A DNA stretch of 64,000 nt from Candidatus Fervidifonticultor octavus (GTDB taxonomy: Bacteria; Sysuimicrobiota; Sysuimicrobiia; Sysuimicrobiales; Humicultoraceae), in assembly GCA_031459655.1 (NCBI GenBank), contig JAVKID010000001.1, positions 893 to 64,892 of the forward strand. The letters are read 5' to 3'. The notes beneath the pieces are model-generated. The model did no database searches. It was not told where the DNA came from and saw only the letters and a list, made by a program, of their open reading frames with translations. This document shows, one piece after another, positions 60,252 through 64,000 of the stretch. Each line of letters starts with the position of its first letter. The first letter of the stretch is position 1. A program made the translations under genes and the position numbers.

Positions 60252-60883
60252 TGCGCTACCTGCTGGAGAACCCCGCCCTCGTCCTGCGCCTGCTCGGCCA
60301 GCACCTGTGGTTGACCGTCGTCTCCCTGGCGCTGGCCCTGCTGGTCGCCCTGCCGCTGGGCGTGCTGGCGGCGCGGTCGGCCCGGGCGCGCGGCCTGCTT
60401 TTGGGGGTGCTCGGGGTCGTCTACTCCATTCCCAGCCTGGCGCTGTTCGTGCTCCTGATTCCGCTGTTGGGCCTGGGGCGCCTCCCGGCGGTGACGGCGC
60501 TGGTCGCCTACGCGCAGGTCATCCTGGTCCGCAACGTCACCGTGGGGCTGCTGGGTGTGGACCCCGCGGTGACCGAGGCCGCCAGAGGGATGGGCATGAC
60601 GCGCTGGCAGCGCTTCTGGCGCGTGGAGTTTCTCCTGGCGCTGCCTGTCATCTTGGCCGGGGTGCGCGTCGCGGTGTTGGCCATTATCGGGATCGGCACG
60701 ATTGCGGCGTTCATCAATGCCGGCGGACTGGGCGTGCTGCTGTTTGCGGGCGTGGCCCAGAGCCATCCCGACAAGATCGTCGCCGGCGCCCTGACGGCCT
60801 CAGGGCTGGCGCTGGGTGTCGGTGCCCTGGTGCGCGGGCTGGAGGACCGGATGCTGCGGGCGATGCAACGCGCCGCGCGCTAG
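60251..60883 (+). CDS. Osmoprotectant ABC transporter permease (second permease, OpuBD/OpuCD-like)
   Basis: TEAARGMGMTRWQRFWRVEFLLALP EAA-type motif. Its ATG overlaps the upstream TGA (TGATG). Confidence 0.8.
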   Translation: MRYLLENPALVLRLLGQHLWLTVVSLALALLVALPLGVLAARSARARGLLLGVLGVVYSIPSLALFVLLIPLLGLGRLPAVTALVAYAQVILVRNVTVGLLGVDPAVTEAARGMGMTRWQRFWRVEFLLALPVILAGVRVAVLAIIGIGTIAAFINAGGLGVLLFAGVAQSHPDKIVAGALTASGLALGVGALVRGLEDRMLRAMQRAAR

Positions 60884-62346
60884 AAGGCGATAAAGACGTT
60901 CTTGACCTCCGTGTACAGGTCGAGGGCATGCATCCCCAGCTCGCGGCCGAACCCGCTCATCTTGACACCGCCGAACGGCGCTTCCTGGTGGACGCTGTGG
61001 TTGCTGTTGATGCTGAGCACCCCGCTGCGGATGGCCCGCGCCATGCGCAGGGCACGCCCCAGGTCGCGGGTCCACACCGACCCCGAGAGCCCGTAGGGCG
61101 AGTCGTTGACCATGCGGATCGCGTCCGCTTCGTCGTCGAAGGGGATGAGACAGGCCACCGGCCCGAAAATCTCCTCCTGCGCCACCCGCATCTCGTTGCG
61201 CACGCCTGTCAGCACCGTGGGCAGCAGGAAGGCGCCGGCCGCCAGATGGGGGTCATCTGGCGGCGCCCCTCCGCAGACGACCTCCGCGCCCTCGTCCCGG
61301 CCGACGGCGACGTAGCGCAGGACGTGGTCCCGCTGGCGCGTCGAGACCACCGGCCCCATCTCCGTAGCCGGGTCCATCGGGTCGCCGACGCGCAGCCGTC
61401 TGGCCGCCTCGATGAAGAGGCCGGCGAACCTATCGTAGACCGACCGCTGGATGAAGACCCGGCTGCGCGCGCAGCAGTCCTGTCCCGCGTTGCCGTAGAC
61501 GGCGGCGGCCCCGCCGGCGGCGGCCCGCTCCAGGTCGGCGTCGGCGAAGATCACGTTGGGGGACTTACCGCCCAGCTCCAGCGACACCCGCGTCATCCGG
61601 TCGGCGGCCAGCTTCATGATCTGGATGCCGGTGGCGGTCTCGCCCGTGAGCGACACCTTCCCGACGGCCCGATGGGTCACGATCGCCGCGCCCACCTGGG
61701 CGCCCGGCCCCGTGACGACGTTGAGCACGCCCGGCGGCACCCCGGCCTCCAGCGCCAGCGCGCCGAGGAGCAGCGCGGTGAGCGGCGTGTACGACGCCGG
61801 TTTGAGGATGACGGTGTTGCCTGCGGCCAGCGCCGGCGCCACCTTCCAGGACGTGATGAGGAAGGGGAAGTTCCAGGGCACGATGAGGCCCACGACCCCG
61901 ATCGGATCGCGCAGCGTGAAGTCGAGCCCACGGTCGGCCACCGGGATGGTCTCGCCGAAAAACTTGTTCGCGGCGCCGGCGTAGTACTCGAAACATCCGG
62001 CGGCCGCCTCGATCTCCCCGCGCGCGTCGGTGATGGTCTTGCCGCCGGAGCGGACTTCCAGGGTGACCAGTTCCTCTGCGTGCTCGCGGATCCGATTCGC
62101 CAGGCGCAGGAGCAGCCGGCCCCGCTCGGTGGCGCTCATCGCCGGCCAGGGACCTTCCTCGAAGGCGGTCTGGGCTGCCCGCGCGGCCCGGTCCACATCC
62201 TCCGGACCGCCCTTCGGGACATCGGCCACCACCTCGCCGGTCGCGGGATTGACGACCTCGAAGGTCTCGCCGCTGGCGGCGGCAACCTCCTCGCCGCCGA
62301 TTCGCATGAGCATGCGCAGGCGCTGCTGCGTGGGCTTCGGATTCAT
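60880..62346 (-). CDS. NAD(P)-dependent aldehyde dehydrogenase (betaine-aldehyde dehydrogenase-like)
   Basis: VPWNFP, catalytic Glu in ELGGKSP and catalytic Cys in GQDCCARSR, and EEIFGPV. Start at MNPKPTQQRL (ATG 62346), with a GGAGGGGG Shine-Dalgarno upstream. Confidence 0.85.
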   Translation of the reverse strand: MNPKPTQQRLRMLMRIGGEEVAAASGETFEVVNPATGEVVADVPKGGPEDVDRAARAAQTAFEEGPWPAMSATERGRLLLRLANRIREHAEELVTLEVRSGGKTITDARGEIEAAAGCFEYYAGAANKFFGETIPVADRGLDFTLRDPIGVVGLIVPWNFPFLITSWKVAPALAAGNTVILKPASYTPLTALLLGALALEAGVPPGVLNVVTGPGAQVGAAIVTHRAVGKVSLTGETATGIQIMKLAADRMTRVSLELGGKSPNVIFADADLERAAAGGAAAVYGNAGQDCCARSRVFIQRSVYDRFAGLFIEAARRLRVGDPMDPATEMGPVVSTRQRDHVLRYVAVGRDEGAEVVCGGAPPDDPHLAAGAFLLPTVLTGVRNEMRVAQEEIFGPVACLIPFDDEADAIRMVNDSPYGLSGSVWTRDLGRALRMARAIRSGVLSINSNHSVHQEAPFGGVKMSGFGRELGMHALDLYTEVKNVFIAF

Positions 62347-62446
62347 GGGGCCCCCTCCGGTGTGCTCGACCACAGGATTTCCCCGCGATGCGCCGAACAC
62401 CCTCTGCCAGTCGGGCGCCCCTCGGGCGCAGGGCCGTGGAGGACGC

Positions 62447-63311
62447 GATGCCGCTGCGATTCTGTGTCATCAACGGCTACCCGGAGCCCAACCGCCAGGT
62501 GCTGCTCCAGGCCGGCCACTGCAGCGCCGACGAGATGTACGTCTGGGTGTTCAGGAAACTGCGGCCAGAGGCCCGCCTGGACGTGCTCTACCTGGCCGAC
62601 CTGGACGTGCCCGTTCCCGATGATCGGTGGATTGAGGGCTACGACGCCTTCCTGTGGACGGGCTCCAACCTGACGATCTACGAGGACGACCCCCGCGTGA
62701 CCCGTCAGATCGAGTTCTGCCGGCGGATCTTCGAGATCGGCCGGCCGCAGTGGGGGAGCTGCTGGGGCGTGCAGATGGCGGCGGTGGCGGCCGGCGGGGA
62801 GGTGCGCAAGAACCCCCGCGGCCGCGAGATGGCCTTTGCCCGCCGGATCCGCCTGACCCCCGAAGGGCGCGCCCACCCCATGTACGAGGGCAAACCCGAG
62901 GTCTTCGACGGGTTCATCTCCCACCTGGACGAGGTCACGCGCATCCCCTCAGGTGGCACCCTGCTGGCCACCAACGACCACACCCGGGTTCAGGCTCTTG
63001 AGGTCAGGTACGGGAACGGCGTCTACTGGGCCACCCAGTACCATCCCGAGTACGATCTGCACCAGATGACGCGCCTGATCGTGGCCCGGGGGGAGGCCCT
63101 GATCAAGGAGGGCTTCTTCGCCGATCGAGCCGCGCTGGAGCACCGGGTCGCCCGGATGGAGGCGCTGGCGCGGGATCCGTCGCGCAAGGACCTGCGCTGG
63201 GACCTGGCCATCGGCGACGACCTGCTGGACGAGCGCCTGCGCTGGGTCGAACTGCGGAACTGGTTGGAGAAGGTCGTTATCCCCTCGGCGCGGCGCATGG
63301 AGCGCGTGTAG
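62447..63311 (+). CDS. Class I glutamine amidotransferase-like (GATase1) protein
   Basis: Nucleophile elbow GSCWGVQ, and later His/Glu region YHPEY. Start at MPLRFCVINGY (ATG 62447). Confidence 0.6.
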
Positions 63312-63331
63312 CGAGGCTGGAGGTTCGGTCG

Positions 63332-64000
63332 CTACCCGACGAACGCTGGCTGTGTCCACGCCACGCCGCCGTTGGACGAGAAGACCTTGGCTCGGACGTA
63401 GCCCTCATCGCCCCGCAGCCGGTAGACCGCCTCGTCGCCGTGCACGACCGCCAGCAACCTCCCGCTTGCGCCGATGAAGTGCGTCGTATAGCGGAAGTCC
63501 CGTTCCGCGGCGACCCGCAGGGCGATCGCCTCGCCGGTGACGTAGATCTCCTCCAGGGTCACCTCGGTCGAGGCGTAGAAGTCGCCGCGCTCCATCGCTT
63601 CCAGGATGGCGCTTGCCGACCGTTCGGTCGCCCGCACCACGACCCAGGCCCGGCCAGGGGGAGACCGGTGGCCCCACCACTCGCCGCGGAAGTGGTGCGC
63701 GTCGTCGCTGGCGACCGCCCAGACGCGTCGGCCGGCGGTCAGGAGCCGATCCCAGATCTCCTCGACGCCCGGCCGTCCGCCCCCGCCGAAGTTGTTGCAC
63801 TCGGCGCTGGCGTTGAACACCTCCAGCAGGCGGTAGTGCTCCACGGAGGACAACTGGACATCGGTGAACGCCCACCGGTAGTTCGGGTGGTTGACCTGGG
63901 GGACGCCTCGGGCCGCGCGGACGGCATCGACCTCGCGCTGCAGCAGGGCGGCGATCGTCTCAGCCTGCGGGCGGTCGGGGAGGACGGCGCTGCCCAGCGA
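63332..64000 (-). CDS. PHP-domain / CehA-McbA-like metallohydrolase, partial (continues beyond the window end)
   Basis: VNHPNYRWAF and VASDDAHHF metal-ligand-like motifs. The open frame runs to position 64000 without a start. Confidence 0.45.
   Translation of the reverse strand, partial: SLGSAVLPDRPQAETIAALLQREVDAVRAARGVPQVNHPNYRWAFTDVQLSSVEHYRLLEVFNASAECNNFGGGGRPGVEEIWDRLLTAGRRVWAVASDDAHHFRGEWWGHRSPPGRAWVVVRATERSASAILEAMERGDFYASTEVTLEEIYVTGEAIALRVAAERDFRYTTHFIGASGRLLAVVHGDEAVYRLRGDEGYVRAKVFSSNGGVAWTQPAFVG

Overview
This is a 64 kb window of a high-GC (~70%) bacterial chromosome; the codon usage and gene content suggest Actinomycetota or Chloroflexota/Thermomicrobia. I could support about 65 protein-coding genes. 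Most are metabolic or transport genes, and many adjacent genes share 1-4 nt start/stop overlaps (ATGA, GTGA, TGATG), which suggests tight translational coupling and heavy use of GTG/TTG starts. I found no rRNA, tRNA, CRISPR array, transposase or integrase.

Main loci from 5' to 3':
- A SAF-domain NAD(P)-binding oxidoreductase.
- A VWA protein, a small coupled ORF, an XPB-like helicase and a Bax1 (DUF790) nuclease that is split by a frameshift.
- A beta-CASP MBL hydrolase.
- A PfkB kinase and GH4 6-phospho-glycosidase operon, preceded by a 60-codon amidohydrolase C-terminal remnant that marks a rearrangement breakpoint.
- FdhF/YdeP and FdhD.
- A glycerophosphodiester uptake locus: a UgpBAEC-like transporter flanked by two GDPD genes.
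- DadA-like and aspartate-dehydrogenase-like genes.
- A decaying stretch at 21.7-29 kb: a TPR-adenylate cyclase broken by a perfect 14-bp tandem duplication plus a second frameshift, a frameshifted small gene, DUF1684, an 852-aa patatin-like protein, DM13, and an N-terminally disrupted AKR.
- An NDH-2 whose N-terminal ~110-aa membrane module recurs three times in the GTGA-coupled downstream membrane protein.
- xpt.
- A canonical TTGACC-18-TATAAT promoter driving a Tat-type sulfite-oxidase-like molybdoenzyme, cupredoxin and VOC operon.
- A CydA-like oxidase subunit with a fused C-terminal c-type haem domain and no room for a Q-loop, plus a partner membrane protein.
- A frameshifted RidA and a truncated LysE.
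- An MFS, BtuF-like SBP and PHP phosphatase operon.
- PckA next to a probable PPi-dependent PFK.
- A NodC/NodM/NodIJ-like set: a QxxRW GT2 synthase, a SIS protein and an ABC-2 exporter.
- A D-2-hydroxyacid dehydrogenase, an M20 amidohydrolase, an OpuB-type osmoprotectant ABC importer, an ALDH, and a GATase1-like protein.

About five genes are interrupted by frameshifts, so either the sequence has errors or real gene decay is occurring. The most interesting candidates for novelty are the repeated NDH-2 membrane module, the haem-c-fused bd-like oxidase, the Nod-like oligosaccharide synthesis/export set, and the XPB-Bax1-VWA module.
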